In this document: piece after piece, positions 23,701-34,352 of the stretch
How the letters are laid out: each line of letters begins with the position of its first letter
Numbering within the stretch: position 1 is the stretch's first letter
Assembly (NCBI GenBank): GCA_964019335.1
Contig: OZ025754.1
Span: forward strand, 220,816-284,815
Direction: 5' to 3'
DNA length: 64,000 bases
Source: Diplonema japonicum
Taxonomy: Eukaryota; Protista; Euglenozoa: Diplonemea
The notes under the pieces: model-generated
Seen by the model: the letters and a program-made list of their open reading frames with translations, nothing else
What the model was told of the DNA's origin: nothing
Database searches by the model: none
Translations under genes and position numbers: made by a program

Positions 23701-24112
23701 CGTCGAAGATGAGCGGGCAGCGGCCAGCGTCACATGTGATGAGAAGGACAGCATCCGCCACCTCCCTGTACACCCTGATGTACCCGTCACTCATACCGGA
23801 GTACATGCAGTTGTCGTGGTAAAGCAGTGCGGACACGAACACGCCCTTCTTCTTCTCAAGGGTGCAGGTGGCCTCGCCGGTGGTAGCCTTCCTCACCGTG
23901 AGGTAGCCGTCCTGCTCTGCGGTCCACACCCTCAGCTTGTCCAGAGGCTGCCTCCCGTCGAACATTTCCAGGCACCTGATCTTGCTCTCGAACTGCCCCT
24001 GGTTCACAATGCCTGCCTTCTCCGGCTGGACGAGCCCAAACCTCTTCCTCGACGGAGAGTGGTGCGACTGCTGCATCACCTTCACATCGGTCACCTGCGA
24101 GAGGTACGCCAT
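20774..24112 (-). CDS. WD40 + PDZ-like + helical-repeat/coiled-coil protein (probably cytoskeletal)
   Basis: WD repeats (HTGAITCL, GHQNAV, SGGDDNTI), PDZ-like KPGSAADLAG, ~38-aa GLxxxYxxKL repeats, coiled coil and basic tail. Confidence 0.85.
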   Translation of the reverse strand: MAYLSQVTDVKVMQQSHHSPSRKRFGLVQPEKAGIVNQGQFESKIRCLEMFDGRQPLDKLRVWTAEQDGYLTVRKATTGEATCTLEKKKGVFVSALLYHDNCMYSGMSDGYIRVYREVADAVLLITCDAGRCPLIFDGDTNVIAKVKPGSAADLAGFAEGMRVTHVQGQPTRTSDDVRSNCEGIDCALTVKTVNKSGEADFELVSEVRKHTGAITCLEVVTDTHQSQDLIFSGGRDWQIYVWGWDYTRTVFRAMDIFPGHQNAVRCMSYHKRDELGKYGGFLYSGGDDNTIRCLDIKAGKERATRAGFPITMRGSVRALAAYKSHLFSATADGLVQVWDSSEGTPITTLFPAVPKSQHTQPLAQLCLVVANNTVWSGGVDGVIRVWRAGGPTDGSDHWQVCELNEHRGAFVNNMSAVQGAADGHVSWHLSEGLVKLLYTESDSASSETDWNHDEGFTAREQELIELITAMRRKMLDNSSEMQRKATLSDKLEKIDKDRKKRIIKALSDASLVTLKTHYFLKLMEWLSSHQAYSRRKALADTLYATTTQGFVKIYFKKLRKFASVERERTRRLKFAETILSNTKKGMQVVYYRKLLEYTNRIDGENKRQDLANVMFSNTAKGLRGVYHTKCIRWYFKCLQNKKRETIATGMLAHSRKGLLTIYYQKLIDFYRKEKIVAKKEEVARALKSTSDNGLRLLYLQKAVRWVTKKKNAQRKADVAQMLMESSNNGLRRAYKKKCIEWLAKKKADQLDAKIQELDEKIKELERLLTESRSFTDEMIEEEKKKVTSEMEGIEREIYQLEKELDDLTAENSRLKNELLSTFTVDSSKSQEEQLNDLLVHLKAHGCSCRYDMDTINQCKEITGKFAEFKKSAKKDAVSNHSPQKLFSNGLTKVRDSHTEQIRRHGTDEDQERLPQAGQQWLLPADTIKNMEPKLFKQAHLGLKYMIIAMDQYATLEPKWKKAPMDGKEEALKNQNWLMSIVQRLMESRSDVVAKANFGANDDEESEVTEATEKKTAKSGGDRDKRSQLKAARKAAGHDVPLDASTKSTPAKKPVAKKAAGKVSPARSTSPGATSPPPATRTPAKRPSVPDSAKAAAKKPVSKPVQRRASKQQ

Positions 24113-24736
24113 GTTGATTTCCTAGCTCTCTGTTGGTGTGCAGGGTGGATGGGGTGAAGCAAAAATAAAATAAATAAAGGTGGATTCGTGGTAAAAGAAA
24201 AAAGAGTAGGGTGAAATGGGGGGGGGGGGGGGGGGAGACAAAATCTACTAAGATTGGGCACCTAAAGATACCTTTTTCAAAGAAAAAAAAAAGGGGGGAA
24301 AGGGAAAAAGGGGAATCTAACCTAATTACCGATTATGAAAAAAAAACGAAAGGAAGTGTTTTCTATCCCCCCCCCCCGCCCCCCACATGAACAGAACACG
24401 TGCATGCATGAATGGACCAATGAGATTCCTTCTGTCCCTACCTACTATCTGGCGAGTCAAGGGAACGGACTTGAAACTGTCAGCGGGGAAAGAAGACCCT
24501 CCAAAAAAAACTTTAAAAAAAGGTCGTCTCCTTGAAACAAATTATGATAGCCAGTCCTCCAATCCCCCCCCCCCCCCCCCCGTTTAAATCAAAGCAAGTA
24601 GGTTAGGCCTAGAGGCCCTGCCTATTTCTTCTTCTCGCTCTTTTCTTCACGTTGCCTCTTTCTTTCTGCGGCGAGGGAGAAGAAAAAAAAAGAAACAAAG
24701 ATGCTAAATATGTGGTTGGGGGGGAGGGGGAACTGA

Positions 24737-24789
<53 letters not shown>

Positions 24790-24883
24790 AAAAAGAAAAC
24801 ACAAAAATCAAGGGGAGAAACCGTGAGAGTACAATAAATGGTGGGGGAGGGGAGGGGATACAACAAAACAAAACAAAGCCACA

Positions 24884-26848
24884 TCACGCAGTGCTGCCCA
24901 CGGGGCCCGTGACGTCGGTGATGAAAAAATTACTCGGGTGGTGGACCTTGTCGGCGTCAGTGGGAGCAGAGCGCGCAAGGGACATGACAAGCCCGGGTGT
25001 GCGCTTTGGTGAGGCGGTGAGGATAGCTGGAGTAGGGACGGTAGCGGTAGTAGCAGCGGAAGAAGGCGGCGAAGGAGAGGGAGATACCGAAGCAGTCGCT
25101 GCCCTATGAGGTACGACCGGTGGAACGTGGATGTGTGACACGGCCTGCGAAACAGCAGGCTTTGGAGGCAGGCCTCCACCTCCATACTGCCTTACCCCTG
25201 CCGACCCCACCCCACTGCTTACTCCCAGTGCCAGAGAAGACGAGAAGCGACTGCTTTTCGTGTGGTACTCGATGCATGCGTTTGCCTCTTTCAGTTTTTC
25301 CTGCAGCGTGTCCCTCTCAGCTGTGATGTTCTGCAGTTCCTTCTGCATCTCCAACCCTTCCCTCATTGCTTTGTTCAGTTCCTCCTTTCCTTGCCCCGAA
25401 CTCGATTTGGCTTCGCCCAGCTCCCTCGTCCTCTCTGCGAGATCCTCCATCAGCCCCTCTCGTCTCTGCTTCGACTCCTTCAGCTTCGCGTGCATCGTCC
25501 GTATGACGTGGTGCGCCTTTTTAAGCTCATCATTCCGCTCCTCCAGCGTCTTCATTGTCGTCTCTGTCTGCACGCGCCACGACCCCATCTCCGCCTTCGC
25601 CGCCTCCAGGTTTTGCAACGTGTTTTTGTTGTTCTCCTTTTCAACGGCTTGCAGCTGTGTTAGACTCTTCACCTTCTCTTCCAGCTCGACCCCCTTCAGC
25701 ATCTTCTGCTGTAGCTCCTTGTGGTCTGATTGCAGGTTGCTCTCCGTGTTCTCCAACTGCTCCTGAAGCCCCTCTGCTCTCTTCCTCGTTGTCTCCAAGT
25801 CCCTGGTCAATTCTGTGTTGGTTGCGCTTAAGTCTTTGTTCTTCAGCTCTGTTGCCTGCAGGCCTGTCTCTAGCTTTGCGGCCTGCTGCGTCTTATTTGC
25901 TAACTCGGCTTTCAGCTCCTCGACCTCTCGCGTGAACTTCTCGGTCAGCTCCCTGACCTGCGTCTCGTGCTTGTGCGTCAGTGTGTTGGTCTCCGTCACG
26001 TGGGACCTCAGCGTGTCCTGTTCCTTCTTCTCGTGCTCCAGCAATAGCTCGGATGTTGTTTTGGTATAGGTGGCCTCGTGGTGCTCTCTTTCGTGCCGCA
26101 GGGAGTTCGTCATCTCCGTCAGCGCGTCTGTGCGGTCCTCAAGGAGGCGCTTGGTGCTGTCGAGCTCTGCGGTGGTTGCGGTCAGCTCTCTGTCCAGCTT
26201 GGCAGCACGTGCAGCAAGGAACTGCTTCTGCCCTGCATCGCTCTCGTGCGTGACACTGAAACCCAGCACCTCACTGTCTCGGTACTTGTCGGACTTGCAG
26301 AAGGAGAACCGTCCTGTCGGCTGCGAGGGTGACACGCTAATGGCGAGCCTGCAGGACCTGGAGAAGACACCATCAGACACGTCGTCAATGGTGACGAGGG
26401 TCTTGCTCGAAATAGGTTGATGCTGCCTCTCGCGGAGAAGGTTCACAAGCACAGAAGGAAGCTTCACGAAGTCAAAGCGCAGCCCGTTCGTCTCCCTGAA
26501 CAGCGAGTAGTCGTCCTCAGTTATGGTGGCCGTGTACAGTAAGAAGGGGTCTGAAGGCGACGTCACACGCACGTGCACCTGGCGCTTCACGCTCTGCGTG
26601 CTTGCCGGCGGGGGTGCCTGTGTCGTGGGGACCGACATCGTCTCCACTGCTACAAGAGGGAAGCTCCCACCAGCCATCACAGCCACCACAAACACTTCAG
26701 TGTTTCCCTCCTTCCCTTCCCGCTGCACGACCACAGGCACCTGTCCCTCGAACAGCGTCGACACGTCATCGCCGTTCAGAGCCACGGGCACCCTCTCTGG
26801 CTCGCGGTCCCGTCTCCCACTGCACTGCTCCGTCTGCTGATACCACAT
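24884..26848 (-). CDS. SAS6: Centriole/basal-body cartwheel protein SAS-6
   Basis: Head motif TSPSDPFLLYTATITEDDYSLFRETNGLRFDFVKLPSVLVNLL, then a long coiled coil and a disordered tail. Confidence 0.88.
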   Translation of the reverse strand: MWYQQTEQCSGRRDREPERVPVALNGDDVSTLFEGQVPVVVQREGKEGNTEVFVVAVMAGGSFPLVAVETMSVPTTQAPPPASTQSVKRQVHVRVTSPSDPFLLYTATITEDDYSLFRETNGLRFDFVKLPSVLVNLLRERQHQPISSKTLVTIDDVSDGVFSRSCRLAISVSPSQPTGRFSFCKSDKYRDSEVLGFSVTHESDAGQKQFLAARAAKLDRELTATTAELDSTKRLLEDRTDALTEMTNSLRHEREHHEATYTKTTSELLLEHEKKEQDTLRSHVTETNTLTHKHETQVRELTEKFTREVEELKAELANKTQQAAKLETGLQATELKNKDLSATNTELTRDLETTRKRAEGLQEQLENTESNLQSDHKELQQKMLKGVELEEKVKSLTQLQAVEKENNKNTLQNLEAAKAEMGSWRVQTETTMKTLEERNDELKKAHHVIRTMHAKLKESKQRREGLMEDLAERTRELGEAKSSSGQGKEELNKAMREGLEMQKELQNITAERDTLQEKLKEANACIEYHTKSSRFSSSLALGVSSGVGSAGVRQYGGGGLPPKPAVSQAVSHIHVPPVVPHRAATASVSPSPSPPSSAATTATVPTPAILTASPKRTPGLVMSLARSAPTDADKVHHPSNFFITDVTGPVGSTA

Positions 26849-26988
26849 GTTTCCACCTTGGTAGAGAAGTTGTCGGGGGGGGAAGGGTCACAAAAAGGAA
26901 ACAATAAAAAAAAAGAAAAAAAAAACTGACTATTTTGTTTAGAAGAATAACGGTGTAAAAAAAAAAATTAAAAAAAAAAGAAAAATAT

Positions 26989-28272
26989 CTAAAGAGGCTG
27001 CACAGGGTCGGGAACGGGTACCTTGCAAGGAGTGCCGAGGGATGAGAAGCATCGGGCTTGCACGGCAGCCCGCACTGCATCGCCATATGGGTGCATGCGT
27101 GTGTCGGGGATGGTGGTCATGGTGTGCCAATCCAAGTAGACCTGTCTGGCTTGAGGTGCTGTGGGGGAGACCTCACGGCGGCGGCGGTGCGAGTCAAGTG
27201 TGAAATCACGTTGCTGCATATGCGCTACGAAGTACGACGGGCGGCAGCACGGAGAGGGGGCAACCTTCTTCATGTAAGTCCCCGCAAGAGCGTCCGACCT
27301 GCACCCGCAACACATGGGCAGCGTGTGCACAAAATGCGACCGCACCTTCACCGCAGGCTTCTTCACGCACCTTGCAAGCCCTGCCGCCTTTGAATTGCTG
27401 CAGAAGCTTCCTGAAAACCTTGTTTCCCTGAGGTACAACGTGCCGTTAGCGAAGCTGGTGGGAGGGGTTGCGCCGTACCCCATGTACCTCACGCAAAGGG
27501 TGAGCTCGTCCTTGTGGCGGAGCTCAGCAGAAAGCATCTCCGGTATGGTTTTGTAGAGGCCGGGGAAGAGGTACTCGTCCAGATCGGTGTGCAGCACGAT
27601 GTCAGAGTTGTTGAGCCGCTCGCGGAAGCAGCGCGCAATGGAACGCTTTTCAAAAGAAACGTGGTTCCCGCCTGCAGCCATCCACTCTTCAGACATAACA
27701 GACTCGGTAGGCTCGACCCATACACGGTCTGGGGATATGGGTCGCAGGGCAGCCTCCAGCCGTGTTCTCTGCTCCTTGTTGATAGGGTATATGTTGATGC
27801 GTGCCACGCCCAGCAGCAGGTGGTACACCGCCCATTCCTTCACAAAGAACTCTTCATTGGCTGCGATAGTGCTGCACATAACTACCACGGGAGTGTTCTC
27901 GATGCCTGCCTGTAAGCCGCCTCCTCCCACGTACCGCTCGCTGCCCCGTGTCCATGTCGTGTTTTTCGGTGGGCAAAACGGCAGCTCTGTCCACCTCCGT
28001 CCGAACTCGATGTAAGTGTCATAGTAACTACCCTTAAGCCGTTGTGCTGAAAGGGGGACGTTGCCTATCTTCTTGAAACAGCTAGCCTGGTCCTTCACCC
28101 CGATGTTGTTGAAACGCTGCGGCTGCGATGGCACGACAGAGGCCGCAGTGGGAACAGGAAGAGCGGGGGCTTCGTGTAAAGAACTGAAGCTCTCCGCCTC
28201 TTCCTCGTGGCAGTAGATCACCATGAAGAACAGAACCAGTCCAAACCCACACAGAAGCGCCTGCCGTAACAT
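26989..28272 (-). CDS. Type II membrane glycosyltransferase, GT92/DUF23-like
   Basis: N-terminal TM, NEEFFVKEWAVYHLLLGV, and DxDE motif TDLDEYL. Confidence 0.75.
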   Translation of the reverse strand: MLRQALLCGFGLVLFFMVIYCHEEEAESFSSLHEAPALPVPTAASVVPSQPQRFNNIGVKDQASCFKKIGNVPLSAQRLKGSYYDTYIEFGRRWTELPFCPPKNTTWTRGSERYVGGGGLQAGIENTPVVVMCSTIAANEEFFVKEWAVYHLLLGVARINIYPINKEQRTRLEAALRPISPDRVWVEPTESVMSEEWMAAGGNHVSFEKRSIARCFRERLNNSDIVLHTDLDEYLFPGLYKTIPEMLSAELRHKDELTLCVRYMGYGATPPTSFANGTLYLRETRFSGSFCSNSKAAGLARCVKKPAVKVRSHFVHTLPMCCGCRSDALAGTYMKKVAPSPCCRPSYFVAHMQQRDFTLDSHRRRREVSPTAPQARQVYLDWHTMTTIPDTRMHPYGDAVRAAVQARCFSSLGTPCKVPVPDPVQPL

Positions 28273-28679
28273 GTGCCACCACCTTGGTACCCTCCCCCGC
28301 TTGATGAAAGGTAAGGCTTAGGGGTGAATAAGCAAAGGAGAAGGAAAAGGAAAAGGGAAAGCAGAATATAAAAAAGGGGACGAGGGAAAAGGGGGCGGAA
28401 ACGTGAGTTTTTTTCTTACACGAGGGGGACTCCCCCCTCCCATTCATGTTTTCTTTTAAATCTACACACTCGAAGAGAAAAAAAAAGAAAGAAGAAAAAA
28501 AGAGAAAAAAAAGAGAGAGAAAAATAAATAAAAAAAAAGATTTACCTGCTGTCGACCTCTTCCGACCCCCAACACCCTTTTCTCGTTCTCGTAGTGGAAA
28601 TGGGAAAAATGAACCGTGAAGGCAAAACGAAATAACGAGAAAAGGGGGGAGGGGGGACGGTTTTTCTACAGGTAGGCTA

Positions 28680-29249
28680 CTACAGGTACGCGGGCATGGT
28701 GGGGAGGGGTGTTCCTCTGCATCTGCTGATGTTGCTGGTCAAAGCTTTTTGCGCTTCGATGTCCGCACGCAGACCCTGAATGGCGAGGAGGAGGGTTTCC
28801 TTTTGGCAGTTCAAAGACTTGGTCTCAGCGTGTAGAGCAGCAAAAGTGCTGTCGTTGTCATGTGCCTTAATGGTGATGGTGGTAGCGAGCTTCTCTCGGG
28901 TGGCAGCAAGCTTTTTATCCCGCTTCTGGTTTTCCTCGTTTGTGCGTGCGGTCTTGTCCATGTTACACTGGTACAAGTCTGCCGACGAGACGACCACCTT
29001 GTGGAACTTCTCACATGATGCGCGCACTGCCTGCATCTCCTTATCCCTCGTGTCTTTCTCGATCTTCCTCAGTTTGCTCTCCCTCTCCTTCTCCGCCTTC
29101 CCGACCGTTTGCATCACCTCCGCCGACTGCTCATCCACACGGCTTATAAACTTCATAACCTCCTTCAACTCCGGCAGCTTCTTCTGAAGCCCCTCCACAG
29201 CCTGGTGCAGCTGCTTCGCCATCTGGTCGTCCCTCGGCCTCTTCGACAT
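28680..29249 (-). CDS. Coiled-coil hypothetical protein
   Basis: ATG ORF in cluster orientation with heptad-like composition. Confidence 0.7.
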   Translation of the reverse strand: MSKRPRDDQMAKQLHQAVEGLQKKLPELKEVMKFISRVDEQSAEVMQTVGKAEKERESKLRKIEKDTRDKEMQAVRASCEKFHKVVVSSADLYQCNMDKTARTNEENQKRDKKLAATREKLATTITIKAHDNDSTFAALHAETKSLNCQKETLLLAIQGLRADIEAQKALTSNISRCRGTPLPTMPAYL

Positions 29250-29548
29250 TTTTTTTTTCTTTCTCTTCTAAAAAAACTTTTAAAAGATGCAAAAGGGGGG
29301 AGGGGTACAAAAAAAATACAGGTCGTGCTGGGTCAGCGCTGCGAGGGCGATAAGGAGTGGGAAGGCGCGATGGGCAGGACTCATATCAGTGCAGCCACTT
29401 CTGTAGATCTATGAATGACAAGGAGGCAATGTTGAAGCCATGCGGACCTTCACATACATCGCTTCGAACAGGGATCGCCGCCACAGAAGCTCCTGCTCGA
29501 GGACCAGGAAATTAAGAAAAAGAAGAAAAAAAACAATACATCAAACGT

Positions 29549-31399
29549 CTAGTTGTAGTGTCGGGGGGGGCTTCTTATATCAATAGGTGACGAGTTATAG
29601 CCGGAGGGCTTTCTCGGGTCAGGGAGGTCCTTCATTGGGAGCAAAGCATAGTCGGCCCGTGGGGGGTGCCGTGAAGCAGGAGACTTAGGCCGTGGCCGAC
29701 GGGAAGAGGAGTAGGCACGCTGCTTCTTCCTTGATTCCTCGAGGTTGGGGTCGTGATGCTTCACAACATGCAGATCATGAGAGGGAAGGAGGTCCATGGC
29801 ACAGTTCCTGGAGCGGCTGGAGTGCAGGGTGCGCTCGGGCTTCGCAGGACAGTCCGCATCCCCCTTCAGCGAGTCTACCATTCTAACAGGCTTGGTCCTC
29901 ACAGGCGAAGCGTACCGCATGGGCGGCTGCCCACCCATCACACGCTTTCTCAATGCGAGGTTCTTTCGCATGGATTCCACTTTCCGGCCGTCACTCGCCA
30001 GCGTTCCCTTGGAAAAGTCTTGCTTTTTTGCAACTTTCTTTTCGCTCTTCTTCTTTACGGGCGAGGCTCTCCTTCTTCCCAGCGAGGTCGTTCGAGGGGG
30101 GACAGGGAGCACCCCGTCGGAAGGGTGGTACCGGTGTTCAGGCGAATGAACTGTTGACATTGAGGTCGGTGTCGGCGGCTCGAGGTCGAGCACCTGGAAC
30201 GCAGGGCTGGGCGCACGAGGGGGCGGGACAGGGAGGGACCTTTCCTCCACGCCGGCCCAGTCCAGCTCGGAGAAGAAAGCGAAGCTTTTTAGCTTCTGAA
30301 GAGAGAAGCCTTCAGTGGCGTCAACATCGAGCGTGAGCATGGCTTCGAGGACCTCGCAGCAAGCGGATGACACAAACGGCGGCAGCACCAGCCTGGCCAC
30401 GCCATCGGGGTTAGTCAACGCCCACCTGGGGTGCTCACCGAATACAAGGAAGTACAAGATCCCGGCCAGGCCCCACCAGTCGGACGGCCTGCGGTGATAC
30501 ATTTCAATAGAAGGGTCCAGACGCCGCATGGGTGTCCAGACAGTGGAGATCCCGAGCCCTGTCAGAACGGCAGTGCCATCGGAGGCGACACGGATCTTCT
30601 GCGGGTGCATAGCGTGCGTGGGTGCCATGTTGATGCTTTCTATGTAGTTAATAGCGATGGCAAGCTGCGCGACCTGGTGGCGTGCACGGTCCTCGCCGAC
30701 ATTGCCAGCCAAGGGGTCCGGCAGCCACTCGGAGACAACCCAACTTTGCACCATTCCAAGCTTGTTCTCTGTGGAGGTCTGGAAGACTACTGTGTTGATG
30801 AAGGGGCAGCCAGACGTCACGTGGATCGTGTTGTTCAGCAGGGCATGTTCCGTTGCTAGGTACCGTGTGATGATGAGCCGTGCTGCAACGGGGTGTCGGT
30901 AGCCCTTCAGCGTGCACATCCGGATCGAACCAAATGAGCACAGTGCAGGCCTCGTGTCGTGCGAGAACTGCAGATCGGACAGCGTGTGCTCTTCGTCGCT
31001 CTCTGTTAGATTTGTCACAGTGTTCAGCACGAACTTCTCTGTCTCTCTTGCAGGTTTCACTATGAAGGTCTCTTCGCTCTCGTCGTCTTCAGCTGCTGCA
31101 GCGATGCATCGAACCCACTCACTAGGCGAGGCAGTGTGGAGCACAACTATCCTTCTGCCCTCCAGCACCATACGCATTGCCAGCCCGGGGTCCTCGTCTG
31201 CATCATCCAAGTGTATGAGATCCCCCGGGTACCCCATCTCTTCTTCTTCTGTCTTCCCTGCGAAGTGCACCAGCACCCTCCCGTACAGCTCGAACCACCT
31301 TTCCTTGTACACCACCGCGGACTCGGGCCGCATTCCCACTAAGTTCGTCTCCATCTTCATCCACCCTTGCATCAGCGGCATAGGCCTCGCCGGCTCCAT
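29549..31399 (-). CDS. PH domain + degenerate AGC-like kinase (pseudokinase)
   Basis: PH-like GWMKM...KERWFEL. Kinase C-lobe SDWWGLAGILY and FFSELDW, but HRD and DFG are replaced (MHPQKI, TGLG). Confidence 0.7.
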   Translation of the reverse strand: MEPARPMPLMQGWMKMETNLVGMRPESAVVYKERWFELYGRVLVHFAGKTEEEEMGYPGDLIHLDDADEDPGLAMRMVLEGRRIVVLHTASPSEWVRCIAAAAEDDESEETFIVKPARETEKFVLNTVTNLTESDEEHTLSDLQFSHDTRPALCSFGSIRMCTLKGYRHPVAARLIITRYLATEHALLNNTIHVTSGCPFINTVVFQTSTENKLGMVQSWVVSEWLPDPLAGNVGEDRARHQVAQLAIAINYIESINMAPTHAMHPQKIRVASDGTAVLTGLGISTVWTPMRRLDPSIEMYHRRPSDWWGLAGILYFLVFGEHPRWALTNPDGVARLVLPPFVSSACCEVLEAMLTLDVDATEGFSLQKLKSFAFFSELDWAGVEERSLPVPPPRAPSPAFQVLDLEPPTPTSMSTVHSPEHRYHPSDGVLPVPPRTTSLGRRRASPVKKKSEKKVAKKQDFSKGTLASDGRKVESMRKNLALRKRVMGGQPPMRYASPVRTKPVRMVDSLKGDADCPAKPERTLHSSRSRNCAMDLLPSHDLHVVKHHDPNLEESRKKQRAYSSSRRPRPKSPASRHPPRADYALLPMKDLPDPRKPSGYNSSPIDIRSPPRHYN

Positions 31400-31913
31400 C
31401 TTGGCAGGCCTGGCATGGTGATGCTTAATTGAAAAAGCCTAAGCTTCGCCTCTTTGTCTTCTTTTATTCTTAACATAAATTAACAGTACGAAGGCGACGC
31501 AGGGCGTATGGGGGGACGAGGAGGAGGAGCGGGAAAGGGGAAAGAAAAGGTGCGGTTTTTGCACTAGATGCAGAAGAAGGGAGAGAGAAAAAAAAGAAAG
31601 GGATAATAAATAACAATTAACCCCCTTACCGCTCCGCCTAAAAAGTAGTAAGAAACACGTCTAAAAATATTTCAAAAAAAAAATAATGGGGAGGGGAGTG
31701 AGAAATTCCAAAATAACAAGTTTTTTCCCCCTCTATTCATTTTCCGCCGTCACTGGGTTTGGTTCGAAACTTCATTTACCAGTAATGACAAACGAGGAAA
31801 AAAAAAGGGGGGAGGGGAAAAAGAACGAAAACGAAAAAAAAAAGGGGTAAAACAGATCTACTATTTTGTTGACAATAGGTTAAGGGGATATATATATTTA
31901 TTTTTCAAAAGCC

Positions 31914-34352
31914 TCAGGTTGAAACAACACCACTACCTGCACCACCACGATGGCCGAGCTGGTAGTCCGACATGCCTGTGGGGACGTGCCGTGTGGGCTC
32001 TTCACTTGTGTCAGAGTCGCTGCTGTTTTCACGGGGCACAGGTGCAGGGGCAGTAGTAGGGGTGGGGCCCGCAGAGTGCGACTGCGCAACCACCGGAGGG
32101 GCAGCTGTTCCCGCAAGCCCCGGTGCTGGCACGGGCACCTTTTCAGACAAAAGGCTGGTAACAAAGATGGTGAGGTACCTCAGTTTTCCTTCATCAGAAG
32201 TCCCGAAAAGTGCCTCTGCGTACTGCTTTGCAATGCGCTCCCACGTGCCCTTCGCCGGGACGGGGGCAAGTGCATCACACAGATGGTTGCACACCAGCCG
32301 GGCTGCGATAACATTGGCTTCCGAGAGGTGCTTTTCCCACCCAGCACGCTTCACAACCCCCTTTTGCTTCACAACCTTTTTGCACACGTACTGCGGCATG
32401 ATGCCCACACCATTGTAATACTTGCACAGCTCCATCAGCGCAGCCGCATGCTTCTCGTTAAGCCGTTCCGGTCCCAGGCGTGGGTTCCCTTCACATATGT
32501 TTTGAAGGACGTCGCGCTTCTCGACTGATGACACCGCCACCCCGTTGGGCCCTAGGAAGTTGTAGCACCAAACGCCGTCTAAGTTCAGCTGTGTGTTCAA
32601 GCTCTCCGTCAGCGTCCTCACACAGCGCAGGCACGCGTCCTCGCCCAGCTTCAGCACGTACTTCCCGTCTATCGTGTTCGCTTCCTTCTGCGGCTTCGCT
32701 TGCTTCTCCTTGCTGAACAGCCTGCTCTTCCAGCTCTTCTTCGCCCCCTTCTCGTCCTGCTGCGTCGGCGGATCGTCTTCGCTGGAGTCCGTGTCGCGTT
32801 CCTCGTGTTTCGATTTTTTCTTCTCCTTCTTACCCTTCTTTTGTTGCGGTGCCGGCGGTGCATCTGGCTCGCCCTGCGCTGGTGTGGGTGAATCGCTGTC
32901 GCCTGCTTTGTTTTTCGCCCTGGCAGGCAGCAGTCTCTTGAAAAAACCCTTCTTCTTCGCAGCAGGCGCAGTGGCAGGGGCTGTGCTCAGTTCAGGAACA
33001 AGCTGCAAGCTCTCTTGCGGTGGGATCTCGGGCTGGGTGTGGCGTAAAGGGAGGCTAGACGGGGCAAGGACAGGGGCCGGGCTCGGGTTGGGCCTTGGGA
33101 GGGGCTTGACCTGCGGAGTGGGGGACGGGGTGCGCTGCCGTGTCGAAGCCAGTGTTTGAGAAGGTGCTTGAGCCGGCGCCTGAGGGGGTGTTGAGTACTG
33201 CCGTTGTTGCGAGACCTCCAGCGCCCCCTGTGCGCGCTGCACCTCATCCTTCAACGCCGCTATGTTGCTGTCCGACGTTATCTTCTGATATTGAAGCTGC
33301 TCCTCCAGCATCTTCACCTTGGTCGAGTGACTGATAATCGCCTCCTGTGCAGCACCAGCTGCGGCTGCCTTAATCTCGTTTTTATGGATCACGGTGGTCT
33401 GGATGTCCTTCTCATCCTTCAGCAGCATCTTGAAGTCGTTGATAAGCTGCTCGTGCTGCCCCTTCATGGTCTGGTACTGCTGGGCTACCTCGGCAGTTAT
33501 GTAACTAAGATGGTGCCCACCTTGCGCTTCGTACGGCATCTGCGTGTACCCATACGAGGCCAGCATGTTCTCGTAGGCGAGCTGCCGTACTATTTCCTCG
33601 TACTCGCCGCGCAGCTTGTCTTGGTGCCGCCTTTCGTCACGATGATCCCTTCTGGACCGCATGTGTGAGGTGGAGGCCTTCCGACGGCGACGGTTCGATG
33701 TTTTCTTGTGGGACGCAAGATTCCGGTGTTTAGAAGCAGGCCTGTGTCTCTCGGGATCTGAAGAAGAAGAGGAAGATGTATCTGAGAGAGGGGAGGCAGA
33801 GGCTGATAAAGGGGACGACGACAAGGAGGACACGTCCGCATCGCTGTCGCTGGCGTTGAGATCGCGCAGCAGCCTGAGGCCTTCGGCAACGCTCTCGCTC
33901 CTCGTGCGGCTGCTATTCACCCCGAGCATCTCGAGGAGGGTGGAATCACGGTCAGCGTGCACCTTTGAGTAACTATTATGACCCTGTCGTTCTGTTGGTG
34001 CTGTGGGATAACTAGTCCGGGGGGCGGGGGTGGGGACGAGACCGGAACCCAAAACACTCCCGAAGGTGCGTCTCTGCACAGGGTACGTGGCGGCAGTGTG
34101 GCGGTCGGGAGCCGAGCTGATCCTGACCGTAGCCCTTTCAGGCGTGTTCCCAAATAAGTTTGAATAACTAGTGCTCTTGCTGCTGTCCGTCACATCAAAT
34201 GACTTGTCCCCTTCTTCGCAGCTGAACTCCTGCTCCGACCCGGGCACCGTAGGGCAGGGGGAGTACGGGCTGATCTGCTGCGCCGTCATCCCAAGCACTT
34301 CAGCCACCTTACTGGCGTCATAGCTCATCTGGACACCACCCGCCTGTTGCAT
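31914..34352 (-). CDS. Low-complexity protein with a degenerate RhoGAP-like C-terminal domain
   Basis: Long ATG ORF. The C-terminal pattern LNLDGVW...AAALMELCK...LSEANVIAARLVCNHL...IAKQYAEALFG follows RhoGAP spacing. Confidence 0.6.
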   Translation of the reverse strand: MQQAGGVQMSYDASKVAEVLGMTAQQISPYSPCPTVPGSEQEFSCEEGDKSFDVTDSSKSTSYSNLFGNTPERATVRISSAPDRHTAATYPVQRRTFGSVLGSGLVPTPAPRTSYPTAPTERQGHNSYSKVHADRDSTLLEMLGVNSSRTRSESVAEGLRLLRDLNASDSDADVSSLSSSPLSASASPLSDTSSSSSSDPERHRPASKHRNLASHKKTSNRRRRKASTSHMRSRRDHRDERRHQDKLRGEYEEIVRQLAYENMLASYGYTQMPYEAQGGHHLSYITAEVAQQYQTMKGQHEQLINDFKMLLKDEKDIQTTVIHKNEIKAAAAGAAQEAIISHSTKVKMLEEQLQYQKITSDSNIAALKDEVQRAQGALEVSQQRQYSTPPQAPAQAPSQTLASTRQRTPSPTPQVKPLPRPNPSPAPVLAPSSLPLRHTQPEIPPQESLQLVPELSTAPATAPAAKKKGFFKRLLPARAKNKAGDSDSPTPAQGEPDAPPAPQQKKGKKEKKKSKHEERDTDSSEDDPPTQQDEKGAKKSWKSRLFSKEKQAKPQKEANTIDGKYVLKLGEDACLRCVRTLTESLNTQLNLDGVWCYNFLGPNGVAVSSVEKRDVLQNICEGNPRLGPERLNEKHAAALMELCKYYNGVGIMPQYVCKKVVKQKGVVKRAGWEKHLSEANVIAARLVCNHLCDALAPVPAKGTWERIAKQYAEALFGTSDEGKLRYLTIFVTSLLSEKVPVPAPGLAGTAAPPVVAQSHSAGPTPTTAPAPVPRENSSDSDTSEEPTRHVPTGMSDYQLGHRGGAGSGVVST

